Source: Candidatus Woesebacteria bacterium
Lineage (GTDB): Bacteria > Patescibacteriota > Microgenomatia > UBA1400 > UBA12028
DNA length: 64,000 nucleotides
Direction: 5' to 3'
NCBI GenBank assembly: GCA_040006915.1
Contig: JBDTWD010000002.1
Location: 42,613-106,612, forward strand
The notes beneath the pieces are model-generated. The model was not told where the DNA came from and searched no databases. It saw only the letters and a list, made by a program, of their open reading frames with translations. The position numbers and the translations under genes were made by a program. This document shows positions 29,089 to 38,082 of the stretch, piece after piece (position 1 is the stretch's first letter; each line of letters starts with the position of its first letter).

Positions 29089-29322
29089 CTATGTCGGATA
29101 TACTTTGTAGATTACCGTCATGGTTTCGAGAATTCGTCGGTGATCTCCAGCACTTGTAGTATGTACGGAAAGAACATGAACGCCAAAACCTTTTTGACTG
29201 AGTGACTGCACCCACTTTTCATATTTGTCACTTAGTGGAGGTTCTGAGTTCTCAACGTATCCTGAACCAGGATACGTTGTCGAACTGAACACTGCCAACA
29301 GATTCACATTTAGTTGAGCCAT
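29089..29322 (-). CDS. Small hypothetical protein (77 aa), last gene of the fic-tmk operon
   Basis: Followed 13 nt downstream by a stem-loop terminator. Confidence 0.35.
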   Translation of the reverse strand: MAQLNVNLLAVFSSTTYPGSGYVENSEPPLSDKYEKWVQSLSQKGFGVHVLSVHTTSAGDHRRILETMTVIYKVYPT

Positions 29323-29363
29323 GGAGACTTATTACACAAGAAATTGAAGTAAAACGTCTATTT

Positions 29364-29690
29364 TTACTTATTATGTCCAGTGAAGCTTCCGTGCACTTTG
29401 GCAAACTGGAGTGGCTTTCCCTGTGCAGTGAGATTGATCGCTTGTCGGACATCGGACGAAGTTGCCCCGTGTTTCCATCGTAGCCAACCATATTTATCCA
29501 TGAGTTTCTCAGTGTTTGTATCATATTGTTCATCACTGAGAGATTCGAGCAAGAGCTGATTTAAAAATCCCCGAAGAAGAAATGCCGTAGCCAGAAATTC
29601 TTGCTCCGACACATCCTTGGGGCGAAATTCTTTTACTCTTTGAGTGAAATCACTGAGTGAAATTAAACGAGAGCTTTCAGCTTCTGTCAT
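29364..29690 (-). CDS. Hypothetical protein (108 aa)
   Basis: Starts 9 nt after the tmk stop on the same strand. Confidence 0.4.
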   Translation of the reverse strand: MTEAESSRLISLSDFTQRVKEFRPKDVSEQEFLATAFLLRGFLNQLLLESLSDEQYDTNTEKLMDKYGWLRWKHGATSSDVRQAINLTAQGKPLQFAKVHGSFTGHNK

Positions 29691-29699
29691 ACAATCTCC

Positions 29700-30326
29700 T
29701 TACAACAGTTGTTTTTGTACAGATTTCCAAATTTCTTTCTCCACGTCGGCCAAATCCTTATTCGCATCAATAAGTACCCAGCGATCATGATCATTGACTT
29801 TGGCAAGCGACAAGTACGCTTGTCGCACATCTTCATGGAAACTCATGTTTTCCATTTCCATGCGATTTGACCCACCCGCGGCAGCTTGTCGTCCAAGTCC
29901 CGTTTTGGCATCGACATCTAAAAGTAAAGTCAAATCAGGATACGTATCTTTGGTAGAAATTTTGTTCAGTTCATCAATGAGCTCTACCCCAAACTTACGG
30001 ACCATTCCTTGATAGACCACAGAGCTATCACGAGTTCGATCCATTAACACCATTTTGTGGGCTTCAAGACTCGGGAGAACTAACTCTCGGTAGACTTGCG
30101 CTCTAGCTGCTTGAAACAAAAGTACTTCTGTTGTGTACGCAATCCCAATGTTTTTTGCCGATAAAACCACCTCTCGAATTTGCTCAGAAATCACGGTTCC
30201 CCCTGGTTCGCGAACGACAACCACATCAAATCCTTCTTTGGAAAGACGATCACGAAGCCGTACGATTTGCGTCGACTTCCCCGCACCTTCTCCACCTTCA
30301 AATGAGATCAGATATCCGTGTTTCAT
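29700..30326 (-). CDS. tmk: Thymidylate kinase
   Basis: ISFEGGEGAGKSTQ P-loop, VVVVREPGGT, DRTRDSSVVYQG (DR motif). Length 208 aa. Confidence 0.95.
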   Translation of the reverse strand: MKHGYLISFEGGEGAGKSTQIVRLRDRLSKEGFDVVVVREPGGTVISEQIREVVLSAKNIGIAYTTEVLLFQAARAQVYRELVLPSLEAHKMVLMDRTRDSSVVYQGMVRKFGVELIDELNKISTKDTYPDLTLLLDVDAKTGLGRQAAAGGSNRMEMENMSFHEDVRQAYLSLAKVNDHDRWVLIDANKDLADVEKEIWKSVQKQLL

Positions 30327-30357
30327 ACATGTGTTATAGCAAGAAAATATATCCTTG

Positions 30358-30651
30358 TCACTGTACTCGTATCATTCCAAACTGGGGATGATTTTCCGCC
30401 GAAAGTTTTTCGCAACTATTTTTCTGTACTCTCCAGCCTCCAAGCTCAATTTGAGATACATCGCCAAGTCCGGCTTCTGGGGATAATTGGGCAAGCTGTG
30501 CAAAGAAAATCCTTCCATACGCCATAATTGAAGCTTCTTGTTGTCCCATTTGAAATTCCATTTCACTCGAGCAGAATACACGCAAATTCTTCAGTGTTTG
30601 CTGCGTTGCAGTGTCTGGGATTGATGAGATAGCAATAACACGTTCATTCAT
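30358..30651 (-). CDS. Hypothetical protein (97 aa)
   Basis: Clean ORF 31 nt upstream of tmk. Confidence 0.4.
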   Translation of the reverse strand: MNERVIAISSIPDTATQQTLKNLRVFCSSEMEFQMGQQEASIMAYGRIFFAQLAQLSPEAGLGDVSQIELGGWRVQKNSCEKLSAENHPQFGMIRVQ

Positions 30652-30708
30652 AGTTCACCTCCAAAAAAAAATGACCCGGGGTATATATAGCAAGATTTGT
30701 AGAGTTTG

Positions 30709-31002
30709 TCACTTCTTTCCATACTGCTCGGTGATGAAAGCTTTCATTCGTTCATGAACTGGCTTATTCATAATTGAGTCTTTCGGTAGAGAGGCAGTTC
30801 CCTGAGGAGCGCTAACTGATTGGTTCAGTTTAGCTGCCTCATTCCCGGCATACTGACTTGGGGTGTTCGCAAACGTATTCGGATCTAGATTCTTGATGGC
30901 AAAAGGTCGAAGTTCTTCACCATCCGGCAGTGGGTTGGCTTTAATTTTTTCTTGTAACTTCTGACGGAATTGACCTGGAACAAACTTTGACATATTTTTC
31001 AT
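30709..31002 (-). CDS. Hypothetical protein (~97 aa) immediately downstream of fic
   Basis: I placed the start at the internal Met just after the fic stop, because the ORF-track version overlaps fic by 50 nt. No anti-Fic SxxxE(G/N) motif is present. Confidence 0.4.
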   Translation of the reverse strand: MKNMSKFVPGQFRQKLQEKIKANPLPDGEELRPFAIKNLDPNTFANTPSQYAGNEAAKLNQSVSAPQGTASLPKDSIMNKPVHERMKAFITEQYGKK

Positions 31003-31006
31003 TCTA

Positions 31007-32014
31007 CTATTTTTGACTACCATTTGCAGAATACCGTACCCCTCTAGTATTCCCATGTTTCATAACGAGTCCGAGTTTTCCCAATGCCTGGATATCATAT
31101 GCCAGAGTACGTACAGGAATTTTTGGGAAACGCCTGGCAATAAAGTCAAAGGAACACAATGGATGATCTGTAATAATGGCAACGATTTCACTCCTCCTGG
31201 GTAAGAGGCTTGAGAGTGGTTTTGATCCCACACTCACACTTTCTTCTCCCACCGTTTTGATATCGGTCAGAATGTGCTCGAGAGCCCACACATATCCTTC
31301 CAACACAAACAGAGTGAACTCTTCTGCATGTCTCGTTGAACGCTCTAAGTATGCATAATATGCCGACTTATGTTCATCAAAGTACTCATCGACCGGTAAA
31401 ATGAATTTTCCAAAGAGCTTACTTTGTTTGAGCTGCCATTGAAGGAGAATCCGTCCGGTTCGTCCATTCCCATCCAAGAACGGATGCATTTTTTCGAAAT
31501 AGTAGTGAAGTCTGGCACTATCAACTATATGTTCTATAAAATCCCGCTCCTTATTGGTCTCGGTCAGCCATACGTCGAGCATAGCTTTGAGCGTATTTCG
31601 ATCAGGAGTCAAATACACCACATTTCCACCACTGTCAAAGACTCCTGACTGCTCTTGCCGTATTTTTCCAGCATCTGCATGAATACCATTCATGACAATC
31701 GCATGGATTCGCTTCAAATGTTCAATCGTAAGGGTGGTGGAGAACGTCTCAAGTTCTTGAATCGCACGATTACAGTTCTCGATTTCTCTTTTTTGAATAT
31801 CCTGTCCACTTCCCTTCTCATAGTCAGAAAAAGTCAGTTGATTCCCTTCAATACGCGCCGAGAAGAGTGAGCTTTTGAGGATCTGGCGATGAAAGATTCT
31901 TTGTGCGACCGTGGCTGAAACCGGAATAGACTCTAACACTTTAGAAAGAAACCTGATTCTTTCCAGATTTGAGGCAACAAGCGTGTTGGAAACAGGATAG
32001 GGAAATTGCAACAT
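31007..32014 (-). CDS. fic: Fic/Doc-family protein (class II Fic, intramolecular inhibitory helix) with a C-terminal winged-HTH-like region
   Basis: Canonical active-site motif HPFLDGNGRTGR. N-terminal inhibitory motif SARIEGN fits [S/T]xxxE[G/N]. Confidence 0.9.
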   Translation of the reverse strand: MLQFPYPVSNTLVASNLERIRFLSKVLESIPVSATVAQRIFHRQILKSSLFSARIEGNQLTFSDYEKGSGQDIQKREIENCNRAIQELETFSTTLTIEHLKRIHAIVMNGIHADAGKIRQEQSGVFDSGGNVVYLTPDRNTLKAMLDVWLTETNKERDFIEHIVDSARLHYYFEKMHPFLDGNGRTGRILLQWQLKQSKLFGKFILPVDEYFDEHKSAYYAYLERSTRHAEEFTLFVLEGYVWALEHILTDIKTVGEESVSVGSKPLSSLLPRRSEIVAIITDHPLCSFDFIARRFPKIPVRTLAYDIQALGKLGLVMKHGNTRGVRYSANGSQK

Positions 32015-32053
32015 TGCCTAATATTGCAAGATATTGCTAAATATTGCAAGATG
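32003..32053. promoter_or_regulatory. Three phased copies of an ATTGCAA(GAT) motif (32004, 32023, 32044; about 20-bp spacing) immediately upstream of the fic start
   Basis: Direct repeats aaTATTGCAAGAT x2 plus ATTGCAAcATTGCC, read from the sequence. TTGCAA is self-complementary. Candidate operator array. Confidence 0.4.
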
Positions 32054-32125
32054 CTGCCGGATGCTCGAGCGAAAGAAAGTCACATATGGAGAAGAACAAA
32101 GGAGAAAACTCTGCAAAATAAGTTC

Positions 32126-33688
32126 CTATGCTGGATCTTGTTCGTACGGAGTTCCATTCTTGAGCGCATCTTCGGCTTTTTGCAGTTCTAGTCCCACATA
32201 CATCATATGTCCAGGAATACCGGAATAGTTCCAGTCGGAGATCTGCCAGGCAACCTCCTGAGCAACTCGTCCTTCAAAGATTTTCATTGCCGGCCCCCCA
32301 TTGGGTTCAAAAATCGTGGCTCGGATCATTCGGTCGTTCGTTTTAGGCAACTTGCGTAACATTCGCTCTACTGCCATCGGAACGGCTTGTGTCTCGTACC
32401 GCTTTGACCATACATCCCACATTTGTGCGTCACTTTGTTTAATCACTTCAACGACGACATTTCCTCGGGGATCAAATTCGAAGTGAACCTGAGGGGTATA
32501 CCCAAGCTCTCCTTCGTAATGCTTCATGAGAAGGTCATCGACCAAACCGAAATCGTCTGCATACATATGAGCACTATGGGTGATCATGGTTAAAGGCCCC
32601 ATCTGCATTCCAGCACTATCTGCAATATCTTTTTGCAATTTACGTAACGCAAATGTATTTCGCGGCCAGCCATGCACCATATCTTGGCTTCTGAAATGAC
32701 AAGTGAAGAAGAATTTATCGTCTTGAACAGAGCCTAATACCATGGTCAGACACGGCGTATCGCCTTTATTTGCCTCTGCCCAATCACGAACCGGATTAAT
32801 TGTAATTGCGACCATTTTTTTACTGTCTGGCCGATTTTTGAGCAATTTTTTAATTTCATCAATTTGGTTCACGCCTAAATCTTCACGTAAACGTTTACCG
32901 TAGTTATACGCTACCCCAGGGATTTGTCGCGCGGTCATCATTTCTGCGTAGTAGGCTTCAAGCTCAAAGCGTGCAAACGGTAAATATTCTGGGAAATAGA
33001 TATCTTCAGGATTTTCATCAGTAATGACTGCGGTTAAATTCAACACTTCCTTCAAACTATTATCTTTACTGTATCGTGTATGTTTGGGTCTGCCATACTT
33101 TGATATCTCATTTAAAAGTTTAAGCCAGGTCTTTGCAACTTTGGGTGATGAGACACGAAAGCCTGTCTGTTCACTCGGTAACAACTGTACTTTCGGTTCG
33201 CTTCTCGGGAATTCACGACGACGCTTGGCGAATGGTTCAATAGTTTTTTCAGAGAGCTCACGAGCTTTGGCGATAAAATCTGCACCACTCTTGCCCCGAC
33301 AATCAACGACGGCAACCATTTCAGCGAATTCTTTCAAGATTTCATCCGGAAGTTCGGCTTCAATCTCTCCTCTAGCGCCAACGATTCGACGATTCTCATC
33401 CACTCCTTTTTCCACCAACATTTTAAGGGCTTGTCCTGATTGACTCATCTCTGCTCCCCAAATCAAGATTACACGAATGTGAGGATTCGCAAAGATATTA
33501 CGAATCATGGCATTGATCCCTTGCGCAGAATACAAATTACCAATCGTGTTGTACTCCACATCCTTTAGCAACCCCTCAACGGCTTGTCGCTCAGTCCAGA
33601 GGCAGCAAATAGCGAGATGATGTTTAGGATTTTTGACTTTGAGAACGTCTTTATAAAAGAGGGGCCAATTTTTTACATCAATGGGCAT
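32126..33688 (-). CDS. Extended thymidylate-synthase-fold protein (ThyA/dCMP-hydroxymethylase superfamily), 520 aa with large extra segments
   Basis: NQIDEIKKLLKNRPDSKKMVAITINP resembles DQLxxVIxxIKxNPxxRRxIxxAWNP. TPCLTMVLGSV resembles the catalytic PCH..QFYV block. FRSQDMVHGWPRNTFALRKL resembles YQRSxDxxLGVPFNIASYALL. The protein is about twice normal TS length. Confidence 0.6.
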   Translation of the reverse strand: MPIDVKNWPLFYKDVLKVKNPKHHLAICCLWTERQAVEGLLKDVEYNTIGNLYSAQGINAMIRNIFANPHIRVILIWGAEMSQSGQALKMLVEKGVDENRRIVGARGEIEAELPDEILKEFAEMVAVVDCRGKSGADFIAKARELSEKTIEPFAKRRREFPRSEPKVQLLPSEQTGFRVSSPKVAKTWLKLLNEISKYGRPKHTRYSKDNSLKEVLNLTAVITDENPEDIYFPEYLPFARFELEAYYAEMMTARQIPGVAYNYGKRLREDLGVNQIDEIKKLLKNRPDSKKMVAITINPVRDWAEANKGDTPCLTMVLGSVQDDKFFFTCHFRSQDMVHGWPRNTFALRKLQKDIADSAGMQMGPLTMITHSAHMYADDFGLVDDLLMKHYEGELGYTPQVHFEFDPRGNVVVEVIKQSDAQMWDVWSKRYETQAVPMAVERMLRKLPKTNDRMIRATIFEPNGGPAMKIFEGRVAQEVAWQISDWNYSGIPGHMMYVGLELQKAEDALKNGTPYEQDPA

Positions 33689-33732
33689 AGAAGAATTTTC
33701 TACAAATTAGGATTGCCTGTACACAAGAGGTG

Positions 33733-33761
33733 AACATAGCAAACCCAAAGACAAGTTGCAA
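33733..33761 (-). promoter_or_regulatory. Candidate minus-strand promoter for the TS-like gene: TTGCAA, a 17-nt spacer, then TATGTT
   Basis: Hexamers read on the reverse complement. They lie about 45-70 nt upstream of the 33688 start. Confidence 0.3.
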
Positions 33762-33842
33762 GCAGAGAGAAAGATTGAAATATAAATTTCTATGTTATTT
33801 CCGTTTTATCGATGTTTCTTTTAAATGTTCAAGGCCTATATC

Positions 33843-33871
33843 ATTGATTACACTTCCATTTTAGGATATAA
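33843..33871 (+). promoter_or_regulatory. Near-consensus sigma70-type promoter: TTGATT, a 17-nt spacer, then TATAAT
   Basis: Hexamers and spacing read directly from the sequence. They lie about 150 nt upstream of the 34026 gene in a 337-nt AT-rich intergenic region. Confidence 0.55.
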
Positions 33872-33958
33872 TATTCCTCTTGTTTACCGAAACTTCCTCC
33901 ATCACGGAAGAATGATTTTGTTCTCAAGATCGCTCTTTTACTTTGCTCCCATTTTTTA

Positions 33959-33999
33959 GGATTACATTCAGTCTCAATTCCTGAGGTTGAATGTAGTCC
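33959..33999. promoter_or_regulatory. Imperfect 12-bp inverted repeat GGATTACATTCA-N17-TGAATGTAGTCC, 30-60 nt upstream of the 34026 start
   Basis: 11 of 12 positions are complementary. Located downstream of the consensus promoter, at a typical operator position. Confidence 0.35.
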
Positions 34000-34025
34000 T
34001 AAAACACATTATGAGGAGAAGAATC

Positions 34026-34520
34026 ATGCCTGAAAAAACTGAATACGGGTTCACTGACGAGCAATTTTCGGCGGTGATAAGTCTCATAGCCATTCTCGAT
34101 CGTCCAATGCAACTGAGGCCAGTCCTCCGCTGGTTGCCTCTCTTAACAGTGAGTCAACAAGTCACGTTCCTGCGAGGGTGCGGCGAACTCCTGAGAAAAG
34201 TCCAACCGGGGATACGAACGGATCAATCTCAGAATGAACCGCGAGTACAAAAGCTCAGTTTTGCTGAGCCATTGAAAGAACTGCTGCGGCAGGTACTATC
34301 GTTTGATCAACTCGCCCATGTTTGGATAGTGATCAAAACACGAACTGGAGAAGAATTTCTAGAGACTGAACGTATTTTTGTTGACGCGGTAGAACGTGAG
34401 ATTCTAGTTTCATCAACTGGAGAACAAGTTGATCTGTTCGTGGCATTCGCAATTGAAACGAAATCCGAGGTGCTTATCAGTTGCGTGGCAGATGCAATTG
34501 CAGTCTGGATTGGCGAATAG
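34026..34520 (+). CDS. Hypothetical protein (~165 aa)
   Basis: ATG at 34026 follows a GAGGAG Shine-Dalgarno 7 nt upstream. The ORF-track TTG start at 33987 is probably an over-extension. Confidence 0.5.
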   Translation: MPEKTEYGFTDEQFSAVISLIAILDRPMQLRPVLRWLPLLTVSQQVTFLRGCGELLRKVQPGIRTDQSQNEPRVQKLSFAEPLKELLRQVLSFDQLAHVWIVIKTRTGEEFLETERIFVDAVEREILVSSTGEQVDLFVAFAIETKSEVLISCVADAIAVWIGE

Positions 34521-34615
34521 CATTGCTAGGCAGGACAAATTTCAAAGTAAAAGAGAAAAGCGTCTTTCCATATGGAGAGGCGCTTTTTTCGTAGTCCACT
34601 TTCTATAGATAAGAT

Positions 34616-36685
34616 CTACGCCTTCTTGGCTTTCGTAGCTTTTTTTTCTTCGGCCTTGGCGGCCTTGGCAGCTTCAATTTGCTCTGGAGTCTTTGGAGGA
34701 TTTACTGAATAGGTCATGACCACTGGGTTCTCATCAGTACCTGGTTTTTTCCAACTGGTGAATTTACAGCTTGGGTAGCGAGAGCAGCCATAGAATTTTC
34801 CGCGCTTGCTCGTTTTCTCTCGGACTTCCCCTTCTCCACACTCAGGACAAACAATCCCTTCTACTTTGTAAATTAATTTCCCTGTCATCGTGCATTCTGG
34901 GAACCTTGAACAACTGACAAACTTTCCAAAGCGTCCAGAACGAATCACCAAATCGCCAATACCACAGGTCGGACATTTTTCATCTCCGATTTTTTCCACA
35001 GGAACTTGGGCACGTTCGGCATCTTGAGTTACTTCGGCAACAGTTTTTTCAAAAGGTCCAAAGAAAGATTTGATGGTCTTCACCCATTCTTTTTCACCTC
35101 GGGCAATCGCATCCAAATCATCTTCTAAATTCGCAGTGAACTGATAATCAAGTTCTTTCGGGAAGTTTTTCACCAAAAAGTCGGAAACCGTGGTTCCTAT
35201 TGCAGTTGGAACAAAAGCTTTGGCTTCACGTTCAACATAGCTTCTGATTTCCAGAACGTTAATGATGGAGGCATAGGTACTTGGACGCCCGATTCCGAGT
35301 TTTTCCAAAGTTTTGACCAGCGATGCATCGTTGTAGCGAGCCGGAGGTTGAGTAAACTTTTGTAACGCTTCTAAATCTTGATACGTTAATTTCTCACCAA
35401 CCGCTGTTTTTGGCAAAATGGTGTCATCAGATCCCGGAAAGATTTTCATCCAACCATCAAAGATCAATACTGAGCCGTTGGCTTTGAGTTGATAGGTCTC
35501 TTTGTCTTTTGCGTCCACAATGATAGCGGTTTGATTGTAGATTGCTTCATTCATTTGAGTGGCAATAAAGCGTCGCCAAATCAAATCATAGAGTTTCACA
35601 TGTGATTCATCAAAAGTGGCATTCTGTTCGATTCCCTGCCTGGTTGCTTCAGTCGGACGAATGGCTTCGTGCGCTTCCTGAGCATTCTTACTTTTTGTCG
35701 TAAACACTCGTGGTTTCTCGTACAAATACTTTTCACCGAATTCAGTTTTAATAAAGTCACGGGCTGCATCCACTGCCGAGGTGGAAAGGTTTACCGAGTC
35801 TGTACGGTGATAGGTAATTAATCCTTGTTCGTAGAGATCCTGGGCCAGTTTCATGGTGCGCTTGCTCGTAAAGCCTAAGCGATTAGCTGCTGCTTGCTGA
35901 ATCGTACTGGTGGTAAACGGCGCATACGGACTGCGTTTCTTTTGTGTCTCTTGGATATCAGAGATCACATAATTTGAAATTTTAAGCTGCGAAAGAATCG
36001 GATCAACCTCTTCTTTTTTGTGTAGCTCTAATTCTTTGCCATCTTTTTTCCATAGCTGGATGGTGAGATCTTCACTTTTTGGAGTCTTCACTTTAACAAA
36101 CACTTCCCAGTATTCTTCAGGGATAAAAGCCAGTCGTTCCTTTTCTCGCTCAACGATCAAGCGCAGTGCTACAGATTGCACACGTCCAGCGGACAACCCT
36201 CTGCGGACCTTTTTCCATAACACTGGAGAGAGGTAGTATCCCACCAAGCGATCTAACACCCGACGTGCTTGCTGAGCATCCACTAAATGCATGTTTAAAG
36301 TTCCTGGATTCTCAATGGCATGGAGAATTGCTTCTTTGGTAATCTCATGAAAGGTTGCTCGAACAAATTTCGTGTCTTTCGATTTCTTATCTGTTAAGAG
36401 AGACTGGATGTGCCAAGAGATCGCTTCTCCTTCTCGGTCAGGGTCAGTGGCAAGAAAGACTGTGTCAGCATCTTTGGCTAACTTCTTTAACTTGCTGACC
36501 ACAGCTGTCTTCCCTTCACTCTTTACATACTCAGGTTCAAAATCGTGGGCAATATCAATTCCTAAGGTGCTTTTGGGGAGATCTCTAACGTGTCCCATCG
36601 ATGCTTCGATGGCATAATCAGCACCCAAGAACCGCTTTAAGGTCTTGGCTTTGGTAGGTGATTCGACGATAACAAGATGCTTCAT
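34616..36685 (-). CDS. topA: DNA topoisomerase I
   Basis: MKHLVIVESPTKAKT Toprim start, and catalytic Tyr region LITYHRTDS. C-terminal zinc ribbons CPTCG...C..C and CPECG...C..C. The ORF-track start at 36712 is a TTG 9 codons upstream. Confidence 0.9.
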   Translation of the reverse strand: MKHLVIVESPTKAKTLKRFLGADYAIEASMGHVRDLPKSTLGIDIAHDFEPEYVKSEGKTAVVSKLKKLAKDADTVFLATDPDREGEAISWHIQSLLTDKKSKDTKFVRATFHEITKEAILHAIENPGTLNMHLVDAQQARRVLDRLVGYYLSPVLWKKVRRGLSAGRVQSVALRLIVEREKERLAFIPEEYWEVFVKVKTPKSEDLTIQLWKKDGKELELHKKEEVDPILSQLKISNYVISDIQETQKKRSPYAPFTTSTIQQAAANRLGFTSKRTMKLAQDLYEQGLITYHRTDSVNLSTSAVDAARDFIKTEFGEKYLYEKPRVFTTKSKNAQEAHEAIRPTEATRQGIEQNATFDESHVKLYDLIWRRFIATQMNEAIYNQTAIIVDAKDKETYQLKANGSVLIFDGWMKIFPGSDDTILPKTAVGEKLTYQDLEALQKFTQPPARYNDASLVKTLEKLGIGRPSTYASIINVLEIRSYVEREAKAFVPTAIGTTVSDFLVKNFPKELDYQFTANLEDDLDAIARGEKEWVKTIKSFFGPFEKTVAEVTQDAERAQVPVEKIGDEKCPTCGIGDLVIRSGRFGKFVSCSRFPECTMTGKLIYKVEGIVCPECGEGEVREKTSKRGKFYGCSRYPSCKFTSWKKPGTDENPVVMTYSVNPPKTPEQIEAAKAAKAEEKKATKAKKA

Positions 36686-36735
36686 ATGATAGTAAGCGTA
36701 CAACAGGCTCAACGGGAAAGTATAGCATGGGAGTG

Positions 36736-37620
36736 CTACTTCTCCCCTAGCTCCGCCAAGATATCATCTACTTTCGCTACTAATTTTGCTCCCATGTGAA
36801 CGAGTTCTTTGGTTCCCTCACCAGATGGAGAATCATTTGGTCCCGATACGACAAACACTTTTCTTCCTTGATTTACAGCTTGACTCGCAGTTATCAAACT
36901 GCCACTTTTGGCAGCTGCTTCTGTCACTACCACTTCCTGTGATAAGCCTGACACGATTCGATTCCAACGCGCAAAGTTTTGTGGGAGTGAAACTTGCCAA
37001 GGCGGATATTCAGTGAGCAAACAACTCCCATTTTTGAGCATCTTCTCTGCTAGCTTTTCGTTTGAGTGGGGATACAAAGGAGCGCCGAGACCATATCCCA
37101 GTACTGCCACACTTCTCCCTCGAGCTGCGATTGTTGCCTCATGGGCAATCACATCCACTCCATACATAAAGCTCGAAACGATCATATAGCCGGCTTTTAC
37201 TAACTGCGTTGTGAAGTCCCAAGTCACTTTTTTTCCATACTCTGTTACTTTACGTGTTCCCACAACCGCAATCATAGGTTTGGTAAAGTCAGGGCTCTCT
37301 CCTTGTACATATAAAACGATGGGAGGATCAGGAATCTCTGACAATGGTGGGAGTGAAGAAATCAGATGGACATTATTTTCGCTGCAAAACTGTTCGATTT
37401 CCTGAGGATGGTGTTGGTATTTATACGTAGAAATTTCCGTAGCTACTTCTTCAGGAATTCCAATCGTTACGAGCTCGGGAACTGTAACTTTAAGGAGATG
37501 TCCCAAATCAGGAAAACTTTGCTTTAAAATCGCGAATTGTTTTGGACCGATCCCTGGAATCGAAGCCACCCAAGCGGTTAAAAAAAGATTGTCCATGTAT
37601 TTACTATACCGTATCAGCAT
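36736..37620 (-). CDS. dprA: DNA processing protein A (Smf)
   Basis: Rossmann/SLOG core VVGTRKVTEYGKKVT...AGYMIVSSFMYGVDVIAHE...VAVLGYGL. Conserved dprA-topA linkage. Confidence 0.85.
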   Translation of the reverse strand: MLIRYSKYMDNLFLTAWVASIPGIGPKQFAILKQSFPDLGHLLKVTVPELVTIGIPEEVATEISTYKYQHHPQEIEQFCSENNVHLISSLPPLSEIPDPPIVLYVQGESPDFTKPMIAVVGTRKVTEYGKKVTWDFTTQLVKAGYMIVSSFMYGVDVIAHEATIAARGRSVAVLGYGLGAPLYPHSNEKLAEKMLKNGSCLLTEYPPWQVSLPQNFARWNRIVSGLSQEVVVTEAAAKSGSLITASQAVNQGRKVFVVSGPNDSPSGEGTKELVHMGAKLVAKVDDILAELGEK

Positions 37621-38036
37621 TACTCTCGGCTGCCTTTTGCGTGTTTGATCTTTTCGATTGCGTCTTTTAGAGAATCAGATACAAAAATCCTATCAATGAT
37701 TTCTCTTCGACTTTCTTCGGCAAGTCTCTGTATCAATGCGGTCTCTCCAACAGAAAACAATGCTAAAGTTGAGATATCAGGAAAGAAATATAAGATTTGA
37801 TGAACAATGGCAAAAAAAAGTTCAAATCTTTCAGCTGTTTCGAGATCTTGAAAATATCGCATCCCGTCAATGACCAGTGATCGTTCCTCTTTTACAACTT
37901 CGGAGAACTCATCTTCATCTAGCATCAGGCCCAAACCATAGCGTATCTGCTCACGCGCATATCCTTTGGCTTTTTTGACACCCGCATCTTTCAGACCTTC
38001 AAAGATCAATTCACTTGGATTTTTTTGTTCTTTCAT
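37620..38036 (-). CDS. Hypothetical protein (138 aa)
   Basis: Ends 1 nt into the dprA start, indicating coupling. Confidence 0.45.
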   Translation of the reverse strand: MKEQKNPSELIFEGLKDAGVKKAKGYAREQIRYGLGLMLDEDEFSEVVKEERSLVIDGMRYFQDLETAERFELFFAIVHQILYFFPDISTLALFSVGETALIQRLAEESRREIIDRIFVSDSLKDAIEKIKHAKGSRE

Positions 38037-38082
38037 AAATCCTCAGATTCTTTCTATTTATTGATGCTATAGTGTAGCAGAT

